A DNA stretch of 63,936 nt, the filler included, from Basidiobolus ranarum (taxonomy: Eukaryota), in NCBI GenBank assembly GCA_040143965.1. It is 3 parts of 3 records of this genome, joined end to end, with 100 filler letters (N's around TTAATTAATTAA, not from the genome) between each part and the next. Parts side by side here need not be neighbours in the genome. Positions count along the whole stretch, not along the records: positions 22,471 to 44,753 come from JASJQH010007064.1; 2 more parts are not named here. One strand, written 5' to 3'. The position numbers and the translations under genes were made by a program. Shown here piece after piece: positions 26,131 to 40,889 of this stretch; within the stretch, counting starts at the first letter, position 1; each line of letters starts with the position of its first letter. The notes beneath the pieces are model-generated. The model saw nothing but the letters and a program-made list of their open reading frames with translations. It did not search any database and was not told the origin of the DNA.

Positions 26131-26686
26131 AAGCATATAGCCTACCCTAACCCTGGATGAAAGTGGGTGCATATATTGTGAATAGAAATATGGTGATAGA
26201 ATTACATTTCCAGAATTGGGGTTGAGGAGTGTCACCAGCTAACCATCTTGATCCATCAGTTGATTATGAACATACCCCTCTATCCATAACACTTCGAGTA
26301 GCCCTAACCCTATCAGTGGCCTGTAGCGGCAAATCATTGGATAATCGAACTTTTACACATATGCATATGCACCATGACTATCGATCAGCCAGAGTTGGAA
26401 ATGGGATTAGTGGGATTAGAATTTATATATTTCTTTGGCTGTTGTTGCATTTAAATGTCTATCCTGAGACTATTAAAATATTCACTCGCTACTATATGAC
26501 TGTTCTCTGCTTATTACAACATAAGTTAAAGTGCAAGTGACAACCTTAAGCTCCTTTAAGCATACCCGATTCGGATACTATATATTCTGGATTTTTTAGA
26601 AGCACAGCATTACGCATAGCATCGTACATGAAGGTTTTATTGAAATGATTAAGTTATTCAGTATTGGCCAGTTCGGCATGCATAAG

Positions 26687-27733
26687 TTAGTAATTGACAA
26701 GCTCAACATATGAAGAGCCGATGGCTCTTTCATTGTGATTGTTATATTCGTAGCAAACAACGTTCACTTCAATATCTCCAAAGAATGATCTTGTCTTCTC
26801 TTTACCACACAAGAAGCATAAAGTGTACACGGCAATTTCGAATTCGGGCGAAACTCCGAACAGAGTGGTTGACATGGGCTTCAGGACATCCTTCCATTTA
26901 AATTGGATGCATCCCATATGCTCATTACCTGTTGGCTGAAGATATTATTAGAAAATCAAGCATAGGGAGGGATTAGGGTTGTTCGGATACTTACTCTAGC
27001 CAATGGATGGTTTGAGTTTCGTGGACGGACGAACCCCTGATAATCCAAGAAGTTTTTACGCTCTTCTAAGAATAAGGTCACCCAATTATGAAATCCTATA
27101 ACTTTATCATGCTTAACTTCTCCCAAGAATACATGTTCAAAGGCAGAAGAATCGCCGCCAGAGCCACGACCGTAAAAACCAAACCATAACTTTTCCAAAA
27201 GTCTCTTCAGACTCATCACATCCGAATTGATAAGATTCTTTTTAATCAAATATTGCTGCATGTAACGAATAACTGGGGTCTCGCATAATGCATCAATGAA
27301 TCGACGATTCTCTTGGTTTTCCGTAACAGTAAGTACTTCATTTTTTCCTACTTCAGCAACATAATTATCCAGTAGATTGTAGAAGGCTGCATAGGTTGGA
27401 ATAGCAAAGAACTTTTCTTTGTTGACTCGGGTGAATAATCGGAAAGCGGCCGCATCCCCTTCCAAATCAACTTGGTTAGCATATATTCAAGCTCAGGATT
27501 TATCTATTGTATTTTTACCTGTTTCAAAGCCTCTTTTAGAGTCTTGTAAATTGAGTTCATACTATAAGTAATTATTAGGAGTCAATACCTTTTGGACTGA
27601 AGTAGCTTCAAAAGGAACTTACATCCACTCCAGGCTGAAAACGGTTTACATCTAGCTCCCAGAGTTTTTGGCAAGCCTCACCGAGGTTTTGAAGTTCATT
27701 TTGGGTTGGCTCAGTAACGTTAAAGGTAGGCAT
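26687..27733 (-). CDS. ENDOU: Poly(U)-specific endoribonuclease, EndoU/XendoU family (multi-exon)
   Basis: ATG 27733 (MPTFNVTEP...QKLWELDVNR). Motifs LLDNY, SSAFEHVFLGEVK, GFHNWV, FKWKDVLKP and GVSPEFEIAVYTLCF; the catalytic His-His-Lys context is present. Confidence 0.9.
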
Positions 27734-27986
27734 CTCGGAAATAGAGTTAGAGGACAGAAGAGAGATAAAGCGGCCCCGTTCACTAAATGCCCAATAAATA
27801 GCCCACCCATAGATAGATAAGACTAATTTCCATTTGCTATAATTGGAGATTCATAAATGAGTTGTCACCAAATTGGCGAATGATTTAAATTTCGATATGT
27901 TCCTTAAATTGTTATCGAGCCATCAGTTTATTACGGAACAATAAATTATCGAATACAAGAGATACTAGAATGAGATATATCTATTC

Positions 27987-28790
27987 TTAGTACAAATCGG
28001 TTTCTACGAAATCTACACTGAATCCTCTATCATAAAGGATTTTGTTACGAAGCTTTTCCCGTTTTTGACGTTCCTCTATCTCACATTTCTGAGCAACAAG
28101 TATCTCTTCGATAGGTAACTGACGTAGATGTATATCATCCTCTTTTTCCAAATCCTAAAAATCATCGAATATAAGTTACTGATATATAGAAAGTAAACTG
28201 CTTCTTATAAAGTGAGCAAAACTTCCATATCAGTGAGAATATTTCATAAAAAATGTTCACTTACCACTTCACCAAGTAAAACGACATTTTCTCCACGTAC
28301 GATAAAGATTCCTCTAGGAATATCTCCATAACATTCACCCACATAAATCCTCTCGATAGTATCTTGCAGAACCAAGTTGGCTAACATTATCAATAAAGCA
28401 AGGTCATATTCAAAAAGAATTTAGTGAATACTTGAAGATACGAAGTAGACCGTTCTTTGCGGAAACAATAGGGAAAACATTTAATACCGAATTGATCATA
28501 TGATCTCAATATTCCAATAAGCTTACGTCCATCTCGCAAAATGACCAAAACCTTTTCTAAATTTGAAGGAATGCAGTTAAAAAACTGTATGATTCGTAGA
28601 GTGTAAGAGTAAACAATGGATATGCCCACTCTCAAAGGGTGTTGTATATAAAATAGACAGAATCATCCTCTCAGATGTTTCCTTACGAGGGGAGTATGAC
28701 TGTAAAGAAGAATTGGGATACAGTACTATCAACACTATCGATCAAGCTAGCTGATGTGGTGAACAGCTGACCGGGCATAAAACCTTCCAT
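27987..28790 (-). CDS. LSM1: Sm-like protein Lsm1 (4 exons)
   Basis: [56 protein letters not shown]...[24 protein letters not shown]...DLY*. Introns at 28557-28726, 28381-28487 and 28155-28264. Confidence 0.95.
28583..28705 (-). ncRNA. Putative intronic box H/ACA snoRNA in LSM1 intron 1
   Basis: On the minus strand: a weak 5' hairpin, then H box AGAGGA (28666-28671), then a 3' hairpin with base stem ATGATTC/GAATCAT and upper stem AGAGTGGGCA/TGTTTACTCT, then ACA (28586-28588) immediately after the stem. About 120 nt. Confidence 0.45.
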
Positions 28791-29466
28791 AATAAAGGTC
28801 GAAGGTGAGCGGGGTCGAGTTTTAAATTAAGAAAGTCAAAGTGAAGTTGAAACTACACAGCAGCTTTATTAATAATCTACAATAGATGTTCCGACTAACT
28901 TTCCTGGTAATCAAAATTATTATATTTAACTATAATTACTGGATTCTTCGGGGTTACGGAAGATGATTTAGGGTTAGGTTAGATAGAGTATCAAGACAGT
29001 CCGGAATTTCGCCACCAATCGCTTAAATCTCCGTAGCATGTGAAGAGAGATGGATGGCTTACCGATGACTGATTATTTTGGTAGACAACGCTAAGCAACA
29101 TCCCTACCTGCTTGTAAACTAGTTTTAGGCTGGAGATTAGTACGGCAATATTTGGTTCATTTTTTGGAGATTAACACATTGTAATCAATAACGAATATTG
29201 TTATTTCATGACTTGTTGATGACGTTTAAATCCATTATGAGTGACCGCAATTAATGCCCCATTTCTGATAACGGACATAATAGCGGTCAAGTTGGTGTCA
29301 TCTTTCTAAAATCAATTAAGGCTCTAGATTTTCTCTTCACTGCATAGAAGAATTTATTCTACACTTTTTAATTTTAACTGACTGAAGTCTCCTATCCAAG
29401 TTTTCCACTTCTTCCGGTTTTCATACTGAAACGATACGACGACTCTACTCTGGAACGATCAGTTGA

Positions 29467-31797
29467 ATGCTTCGCTATTTACGCTGTTCGAATAACTCTT
29501 TCAGAGGTCAATCCTTTGCACACATACAAAGGAATGCCTCCTTGGCAACACGTTCAACTGCACAAAGAGTAGCTCGTACACCTCTGATTCGAGCCGACAT
29601 TTACGCTATTAATAGAGTACGATTGTCTACCGTTTCAAAGCTACGCTCATTAACGTCTTTACAGACAAGTGACTTAACCAGACTATCTCTCAGTTTCAAT
29701 GTTGATCCAATACCTAAACCTACATTACTCAGACAAAATCTGGACTCAAAAACCGTAGAGGAACATAAAGAGCGTTCACTAATTGTTAGAATTATTCACC
29801 AATTCCGTAACGTTTTATCTATTTATATATTTGAACCTATAAGAATTTCTTGTAGGTTCGTTTATCTATTGATAGTATTTGTCCCACTGGTTGTCACCGC
29901 ACCCGTAGTATTCCTTGGAAAAAGGAATCCGGAAAGAGAGAATGAAACCACAGGTTCCTTATGGTGGTACGACTTTGTGGTATTACAGATGGAACGCGCT
30001 GGGCCTACTTTTATTAAAGTAAGCACCATCGAATGTATAGATAGAAACCATGGTCGAACCTATTGGAAATGTTTGATTAACGATGAATTATCTGAATATT
30101 TCTTTAGCTATCTCAATGGGCTGCTTCCAGATCCGACCTATTTTCTGCGGAATTCTGTCGAGTCTTATCCAAGTTACACAACAAAGTTGATCCACATCCT
30201 TGGTCACATACTAAGCGTAGTATAGAAGCGGCATTTGGCGGACGTTTGATGGATGAGGTCTTTGAGGAGTTTGACAAGCAACCCATCGGCATAGGTGCTA
30301 TAGCTCAAGTAATTATAGAGATTCACATATCTTCAAGGAATTACGAGAGTGCTAACCTATTTGTACAAGGTATACAAAGCACGTATCAAGCCTGGCATCT
30401 ATGGAATGGCAATTGACTCTGCGGATGATGGAAGCTTCAACCACGAGGAAAGTGTTGAAGTAGCCATCAAAGTTCTTCATCCTAGAGTAGACAAACTAAT
30501 TACAAGAGATCTCAAGATCATGATGTTCTTTGGAAGACTATTAAACTGGATACCAGCATTACATTGGTTAAGTATTCCGGAAGAGATTCATGTATTCGGA
30601 GATATGATGCAAAAGCAATTAGATTTAAGGTTGGAAGCGGAGAATATGTTGAAATTTCGAAAGAATTTCGCACAGATCCCAAGCATCGATTTCTCAAGAC
30701 CATGGAATGCTTTTGTGTCGAAGAATGTCTTGGTACAGAATTATATTTATGGGATACCCTTGAAGCTATTCATGAATTCTAAGGTGAATTCCGTATACGA
30801 TGAAAAGATCGCAAATATAGGTAATTCTCTCCCATATTCTTAATATACTTGACACTTGTTTAACGACGCTTTTCACGCAGGGTTGAATGGCTTTCTGGTA
30901 AGAGTTTCTGATAGTCATAGCTGATAACCGTGTGCATAGCTGATAACCGTGTGCCAACATAAACCTAACCGATTTCTACAGCATATGTTAATCTACGACA
31001 ACTTTATCCATGCTGATCTACACCCTGGTAACATCATGGTGAAGTTCTACCAACCATCTACGAAAACCATTGGTGACAGAATAATTGAGAAATTCAAGCC
31101 ATCGAAAATAATGGACGAGTCCGATGATATTATCAAGAATCTGCTTTCAGTCAAAGACTCTCCAGATGAATGGAAGGCTCAGTTACTCTCGTTGTTTGAA
31201 CACGGATACCAACCACAGGTGATCTTCTTGGATACCGGACTGGTGACCACATTGGATGATAAAAATCGACGCGACTTCTTGGACCTGTTTAGAGCGATTG
31301 CTGGGTTTGATGGGTACAGGGCTGGTGAGTTGATGATTGAGAGATGCCGCACTCCAGAGGTGGTGATCGATCCCCAAGGGTTTGCGCATAAAGTAGAAGA
31401 TTTGGTGAATCGAGTCAGATCAGTTACATTCCAATTGTCAAAAGTCGATGTCTCCCAGATTCTAATATCAGTTCTCTCGATGATTCGTGAGCATCACGTT
31501 AAGTTAGAAGGGGATTTCATCAATGTGGTTATTAGTATACTTATATTAGAGGGGATCGGAAGAAAGCTCGATCCTGAATTGGATATACTTAAAGAGGCTG
31601 TACCTATCCTAAGAGGATTAGGTACCCAAGGTAATGGAAGAGCAGTTTTGGAGGAGATGAAAGAGCTGCCTACAGGAGGTGGCTGGTGGTTAAAGACATG
31701 GTTCCTACTAGAGGCACGCAAATTCTGGATGGACGCGTTAGCATTCAAAACTGAGCAGGAACTATTTGGAGAATTCGCCTATGTTGATCTCCTTTGA
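29467..31797 (+). CDS. ABC1/UbiB atypical kinase (ADCK2/Cqd1-like), mitochondrial, multi-exon
   Basis: Arg/Ser-rich presequence. Motifs AGPTFIK|LSQWAASR, PIGIGAIAQ|VYKA, VAIKVLHP, QLDLRLEA, FIHADLHPGNI and FLDTGL. Includes a 17-nt micro-exon at 30881-30897. Confidence 0.9.
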
Positions 31798-32336
31798 CCT
31801 ATGTTTAGTTTGTATGTATATATATCTACATATCTTTAGATTTATAACTGAGCAATCGTTTAGAATAAATCATTTATATTATATTCAGCAATCAACGCTG
31901 GAGTCGCATGTACTTGCACTCTTGAATGCTATGTTCGTAAAGCTTCTCATCACTCCATGATAATTAGAAGGCCATAGAGTCGAACAGCAACAAGGTTATT
32001 CTTAGTGTGGAGATGCATTTGCCCAAAATCCATGTATTTTGATGCATACCCCTTTGACGGTATGTTTATCTACACGAATAATCCCCGAATTTGACATTGT
32101 ATTCCGCATAGAGCTGTGAAGGCTATAACGCGTAGAAATGCCAGGTAAACTACCTCAGAGGCTAGGATATTTCCTGAGCTTATCGTAAGATTTTAAACAC
32201 AGGAAGTGAACTAGATAAAAAGGATACAGCTGGTGAGATAGGAATTGAAGTGTATCATCTCGTCCAGGATCATATCGTAGTCAAGTGAACATTTCGCTTC
32301 CTAGATAAGATTCCAAGCAACATAAGCCATTGAAAT

Positions 32337-33920
32337 ATGAGGATACTATTACCAAATACCACCACCACCGCCATCATTACAACCACTTCCATCTTATTTC
32401 TTCACAGTGTGGTATCACTCGTAACTCCCAGCCAAGATTTTCTTTTGTCAGAGCAATCAGTAAATAATGCCAATTACATAGTTAAACTAATATCCCTGCC
32501 CACTGACAACTGGCCATTCGCGACTACTGGCGAGGCTAATACGATTGGTGGAAGATTTCATTATATGTTTGGGAATTATTCGCAGGCAACATTAGATTTT
32601 CTCCAGAGTCACCCATTAGTTGACTATATTGAGAAGAATACCGTAGTCAAAGCAACAGCCTACGAGAAGAATCCACCTAGTTGGGTAAGTTTCATTTAAA
32701 TATACTTCTTAGCCATAGAGATACCAGTATGTTTATGACTGTGACTCATTTCCAGGGCCTTGATAGAATTGATCAAGAGACTTTTCCTTTGGATCAAGCT
32801 TATAATTACCCGGACTCCGGTGGTGAAGGAGTGGACGTATTTGTGATTGACACGTTGGTTTCTTGTTTACCACTGACAATTCATGTTTCTTACTCTAATC
32901 ATTCAATATCAGTGGTATATATGTAGAACATCAAGACTTTGACGGCCGAGCCAAGTGGGGTGTCACTGTCATCAACTCGCCAAGCACCGATTTGAATGGT
33001 CATGGAACTTTTACTGCGGCCATCATTGGTGGTAGGACATTTGGTGTGGCCAAAAAGGCTTCACTTTATGCCGTTAAAGTAAGTATCTTTCTGAATGATC
33101 CATAGAGCCAATCCAACATCTAATCACCATCTCTGATAGGCTTTAAACTCCGAAGGCGAAGGAAGTACCCTCACTTTACTGAAGGGTCTGCAGTATGTTA
33201 GTCAAATGCACCAATTGAAAGCGAACAAAAAGACAATAGTGAAGTGAGTGAAATTTTACCAAACATTGATTCTCAGGTGAGAGACTAAATAACTTTATGG
33301 GGAATAGTTTATCCTTGGGGACAGCTTACAATCGAGTCATCAATGAGGCGGTGAATATTGCTGTTGAAGAAGGGATAGTCGTAGTGGTAAATATTGATTC
33401 ATCTCCCATACAATTGTTTACTAAATCACTGGCTAACTCATGAATCCAGGTGGCCGCTGGGAATGGAATCAATGGAATTGATGGACAAGATGCATGTCGG
33501 TTTTCACCTGCTTCTGCGTCAGAGGTGATAGCAGTCGGGTCTACACAAATCAACGATGCAGTCAGTGTCTTTTCCAATTATGGGCCATGTGTGACCGTAT
33601 ACGCACCCGGAGACTCAGTCACATCGGCATTTGTTGGATCCCCAATAGCAACGACCACACTTTCGGGGACATCATTTGCAGCACCCCATGTATCAGGGGT
33701 AGCAGCATTAATATTAGGGAACTCCACCAATGCATTAACTCCAAGAGAAGTGAAAGATCGAATTCTAGCTATAGCCACCAAGAATTCCATCAAAAATTTA
33801 CCAGTAGATTCCCCTAATTTATTACTCAATAATAGAATTGAGAATTATTTTTCTAGTACTGGGAATACTTTAAAAATTCCCACCTTAATTTTATTTATGC
33901 TAATTATGGTTATTTATTAA
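32337..33920 (+). CDS. Secreted subtilisin-like serine protease (S8A, proteinase K type), multi-exon
   Basis: Signal/pro region, PPSW|GLDRIDQ, DVFVIDT|G (Asp), NGHGTFTA (His), VAAGN and SGTSFAAPHVSG (Ser), with a hydrophobic C-terminal tail. Confidence 0.92.
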
Positions 33921-34383
33921 TTAAACTAGGCGTGTATATTGAAGTGTAGATTGAATATGGATACCAACATGAATCTTCTTTTTTTTCTGGTTGTGCAATG
34001 CTTTAATATATATATCAAAGAGAAAGGTCAAAGAGAAATGTGTTCAAGTATGATTATGAATTGTGGGGTTATAAAATGGAATTTGAATTTGATATCGCTG
34101 CCATGAGAGTATTGCAACCCCTGTCGTTTTAATTCGGTACATACATTATCAAGAAATATCTACTGAAGAATATCAGCCTCAAATTATAGTAAGGATAGAG
34201 CAATAAGGAGGTGAAAGTATTGAAAATCAAGTGGGAATGCTCCAAAGAAATACCGTATTCATATACAACCAAATAATCTGGTCCAACCAAAGTTTAAAAT
34301 GTTCAAGTTCTCGGTGTGCTTTGCTAAAATAAAAATGGCATTAAACATTAATGGGGCTTCAATCAAATCGATTTTTGGATGGT

Positions 34384-37170
34384 TTAAACTACCTCAGTAG
34401 AAATATAGTTGGAGGATCCACTCGTAATATTGTTCTGGATACGTGGGTTCATATTGGCAGATATGGACGGTGAAGATGATACGGACGAATATTGATATAG
34501 CATCGAAAGTTTTGATGTTTGTGACTGACTCAAGTCATTTATCGAACCACGGTATTGCCCAGATTCGGTTGCTTTTGAAGGTCCAGTTAGATGTAGAGCC
34601 GAGTTGTTGCCACTTGTTATTGATGATTCTACCATATATTGCCCAACATATTCATTCCATTCATCAAAGTCAAACGACATTGGAATATCCCATGCAGGTG
34701 CACTTCCAGCGCTAATATACTGCTCCAACGTTCTTTGGCTTGCAGAGGAGATCTCGGGCAAAGTGCTTGAGGGTGTATCCAAGTCGAACACGACACTGGG
34801 TACTGCCCCAGTCATAGCATATGGGTCTGGGGCCATTTCAATGTCATAGCTTTCTTGGGTTTCAACGGAAAGTGGGAGATTTGATTGAAGTGAGCTGTCT
34901 ATAGGAATATTCAATGGTTCCATATTTCGAGGGTTATCTGGACGATTGGGTCTAACACTAGAATTCTCACTAACTAGAGGAGTAGCATTATTCACAAATG
35001 TGGAAGAATTTGCTTGAGTTTGAAGGGTGGTCCACTGTGTAGGGATATAAGGATTTATCTCGGTAAGATTGGGTTCAGACATTGGGTTGTAATGAAGTGA
35101 TTCAGTTGTTGAAGCAACCGCATTAGAATCTGGCTCGTTCTTCATCTTTTCTAATCCAGATAGTCTAGCTACGGAGGTGATTGATGTCATTTCCTCATGA
35201 ATAACCTTTGGTGGGTTGATTTCGTTATCTACATTTTCTGGTTCAAGACTAATATTTCGAGCAGTTATTAATTCCAGTAGCAGCATATGATATTTACCAA
35301 CGCATCCCCATTTACGCTTGATGTGTTCAAGAACACGGATATTTTGAGCCAAATGCTTTTTCGCTGGATTAGAAATCCATGGATCAGTGGAGGTTGCATT
35401 CAAAAGATGAATCGTACTGGAGGTGAAAATTGGAAACAGCAAGAAGATCGCTGTTTGTTCTAATGCGGGTGTACTTGAGCAAGCGAGAGCGATCGAGGTA
35501 ATTCTACTCGCTGCGCTAGTGCATATTGGTAGCGATGGGTAGGGAAATCTATACTCCTCACCCGGCTTGGGAATATAGGGTCGATGAAGTAAAACAAGTG
35601 CGCAATGATACCACATATGTGCATATATCAGTGTGGGGGAGTTGGGTGGCTGATTAGAAGAATACATGGTTGGATTATACTGTAACCCTTCGGGTAATGA
35701 GACTAGCCAAGAATGAAGAACCGAATCAAGCTCCAACAAAATGGACTTGTTCTTCTGCGGGTTATGAGTTGGCGTTGTCCTAATTGGATAGATTTCGCTC
35801 ATAATACGTCCAATAATCCCGTTCAACCGAATCACTTGAATGAAGGGCTTTAATGCTAATCCGCTGTCGGGGGAAACCTCGACTCCTGACTCTACTTTAG
35901 TGCTTGGGTCGATGATGGGAAGTGTAGTGTCAAAGTGCCGATCATCGATACAAAGCGGCCTTCCAACACAAACACCAGCATGTCGGTCTATTTGATAACA
36001 GACCCACCATACGCGTTTTCTAGCCTCCTTCTCTTCTCGAGTCAGTCCCTTTATATCCCATTTGTCCGGATTCCGATGCAATCCAAGATCTTCAGCCATC
36101 CTGATAGCCATTCCACCATAGATCCAAGCTCTCATTCCACTGTGAGTGATGTGTTGATGGATCCCTAACAGTATCAGTGCTTGGATGTTATCCATGGAAC
36201 TCATCTCGAAAGTTCGATCCAATAAAACACTCGCTCGCTTATAAAAGATTTCTGGAGATAAGTTCTCATTTTTCAATATACTCTCTGAAGAGATCAGAAT
36301 AGAAGAGAGCGCCAGGATGCTGTTGAGCAAAAAAAATGGTGGTTCATCATCTACTTTGTTCAGACGTTCCAAAAACTCCGCTTTATGGAGTAAAGGAAAT
36401 ATTGGATTAATTTTGCTAAAATAAATTTCGAGAAGATAGCTAAACAACTCTGAAGAAGGTAACAGAGAAGGATTAAACTCTGAATCTCCAAAACTAGAGA
36501 AATTCAGTTTTTCCGGTGAACGAGACCTCATTTTAAGTACTCCATTTTGGTAACGTTCAGATTGTCGAAGTAAGTAAAAGCCAGAGCTAGTTCCACAGTA
36601 CCGAACTCGACCGTGATCATCCAATGTCAGTTGTTCTGCTTCATTACTCAACTCTTCCAACTCAGTATCTTCTCTTTTAGGAGTACTGCTACTATCAGGC
36701 GAATTCAAACTAGGCAATGGACTTTCTTGAGGAGGGGAGGTACATACACTGCTAGAAGGTGAGTTATGCTCAAGTGGTGAGTCTGTAATGGTCTCTTTAG
36801 GTTCTCTATATTCTTTATCCGAAGATTTGGTACGTGTTTGTGAGCGTGCGGGGGAGGTGGAAGAAGTGGCAGTTGGATGATTCTCATCAAGTTTACGTAA
36901 TTCAGCAACTACGTTTTCAGCAGCACCAGGTTCACCTTGAACAAGGCCTCCCAATATATGCTCCATTCTATGTAAACGATTTTCAATTGCCTCGATGTAA
37001 CCTTTGGGTGGGCCTCGTTTTTTAGTGGCGTCGTTGTAACTACAAGTTGTTCCAATTGTCCTGCAGTTAGAACATATGGGTTGTGTGCCATCGCAGCGTA
37101 CTTTTCTTCTCCGACAGTTATCGCAAGCTTTACTGACGCGTTGCCTTTTTTGACTATCATCGATCCCCAT
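34384..37170 (-). CDS. Zn(II)2Cys6 transcription factor with fungal-specific TF middle domain
   Basis: ACDNCRRRKVRCDGTQPICSNC...C; middle homology region GMAIRMAEDLGLHR...RKRVWWVCYQIDR...GRP. Intronless, 928 aa. Confidence 0.95.
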   Translation of the reverse strand: MGIDDSQKRQRVSKACDNCRRRKVRCDGTQPICSNCRTIGTTCSYNDATKKRGPPKGYIEAIENRLHRMEHILGGLVQGEPGAAENVVAELRKLDENHPTATSSTSPARSQTRTKSSDKEYREPKETITDSPLEHNSPSSSVCTSPPQESPLPSLNSPDSSSTPKREDTELEELSNEAEQLTLDDHGRVRYCGTSSGFYLLRQSERYQNGVLKMRSRSPEKLNFSSFGDSEFNPSLLPSSELFSYLLEIYFSKINPIFPLLHKAEFLERLNKVDDEPPFFLLNSILALSSILISSESILKNENLSPEIFYKRASVLLDRTFEMSSMDNIQALILLGIHQHITHSGMRAWIYGGMAIRMAEDLGLHRNPDKWDIKGLTREEKEARKRVWWVCYQIDRHAGVCVGRPLCIDDRHFDTTLPIIDPSTKVESGVEVSPDSGLALKPFIQVIRLNGIIGRIMSEIYPIRTTPTHNPQKNKSILLELDSVLHSWLVSLPEGLQYNPTMYSSNQPPNSPTLIYAHMWYHCALVLLHRPYIPKPGEEYRFPYPSLPICTSAASRITSIALACSSTPALEQTAIFLLFPIFTSSTIHLLNATSTDPWISNPAKKHLAQNIRVLEHIKRKWGCVGKYHMLLLELITARNISLEPENVDNEINPPKVIHEEMTSITSVARLSGLEKMKNEPDSNAVASTTESLHYNPMSEPNLTEINPYIPTQWTTLQTQANSSTFVNNATPLVSENSSVRPNRPDNPRNMEPLNIPIDSSLQSNLPLSVETQESYDIEMAPDPYAMTGAVPSVVFDLDTPSSTLPEISSASQRTLEQYISAGSAPAWDIPMSFDFDEWNEYVGQYMVESSITSGNNSALHLTGPSKATESGQYRGSINDLSQSQTSKLSMLYQYSSVSSSPSISANMNPRIQNNITSGSSNYISTEVV

Positions 37171-37828
37171 TGTAACCCAAGGAAAATATTGAAAGGATGA
37201 GTACTGTTTATCCGTCTCTTAACTTACGAGCCTATAAGAAAAATATGAATTGGTTGACTAAAAGTTGTAAGATTGATACCAAGATAGCTTGTAAAGGTTA
37301 AGCAAATGGGTGACGCCGAATTATTTCGTGAGTATAATTCCAAATCAAACAACGTGGAAGTGCACTTAAAGTATTTCGCTATTAGAATGCAGAGAGAAAA
37401 CGAAATCTAAAGCTGATTAGTAAGAAGGTACTGAGATTAAGTTTACCCCAAAATATGACTGTAAAATAATAACTTTAAACTAGATTAATTTTTATAATAA
37501 ATGTCCTATAAAATTATACAATTCGTCAATTTAATGGTAACTAAACGGAATCATCATCACTTTGTCTTGTAGTTCCTTGCCAACATCAACAATTTCCTAC
37601 TGGCCTTCAACTTTTAGGGTTAGGGCTAACTACAAGCAACTTAACAACCCACACAGGCAACAATGAATATTGCTACAAATTCACTTCAATAAATATCATC
37701 CACTGACAACATGAAATTGTTAGTAGAAATAAGAATACATCTAGCAGCCATAGACTCGTGTTTCAGATTAAATCATACGCATAGTATATTAAAAGAATAT
37801 ATCACAATACATCTAAAATATTGGTGCT

Positions 37829-38384
37829 TTATAACTCCGCTACGGCGTTTTGAACTTCCTCCAGGGTATCGTTAATTGATTCGACCACAACTTCCAACAA
37901 CTCCTCGGTTTCTTTAACGACTTCACTGTAGTCTTTTTCTCCTTGAATATTTTCTCTGTTGAAGATTTGGTATTTCGCAGTCTAGAAATTTCTTATTAAT
38001 CTCTGTTTGTCTCGGGTATCGAAAAGGGTTATACTTACAAGTTGTAATTTTTCTCTTTCTAAATTTTGTACCAAGCGTAATTGTTCGGCGAAAGCTTCGG
38101 CCCCCAATTCAATCAGTTTTGTTTCAATTTCTTGAATATCGTTGGATATCTTTACAAAGCCTGAAGTGATCTCTTGACATTTCTCGTTATACGCTTCATA
38201 AGATACCTTTTCCTCGACATATTCTTTATAAATCCTAGAAACGATTTGACTTGATTAGGGAGATTTGGAAGCAAAATAGGTTGAAATAATTGACCCACTT
38301 ATCGAATACATGATACCACTGTGTTCTTTCACCTTGAAGGTTTTTGAACTTGATTATTAGTTGAAGGATCTGGTCGTTCGACAT
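37829..38384 (-). CDS. REX1-B domain protein (REX1BD/C19orf60-like), 3 exons, not in ORF track
   Basis: MSNDQILQLIIKFKNLQGERTQWYHVFD|..YNEKCQEITSGFVKISNDIQEIE...VQNLEREKLQL|TAKYQ...VVESINDTLEEVQNAVAEL*. Two GT-AG introns; TAA 37829-37831. Confidence 0.7.
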
Positions 38385-38581
38385 GGTAACTGACTAAGGA
38401 TATTTCAGAATTCGCTAGTGCAAAAGGTGGATTCTTTATTTCATAAGAAATTACCCATGATAATCATAATTCGATCTGAATTTAAATGCCATGATATTCC
38501 AAAGTCCCAAGTTGATAAGCCAACCATAGAAATTTGATTTTTTACTCATTCGGTAGTCTCGACAGATAGTTCCTAACGATC

Positions 38582-40889
<2,308 letters not shown>

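Noticed and set aside
28714-28726. U12-like donor GTATCCC in LSM1 intron 1
   Set aside because: Using it breaks the reading frame; the upstream GTACTG donor gives the correct VDKKVL junction.
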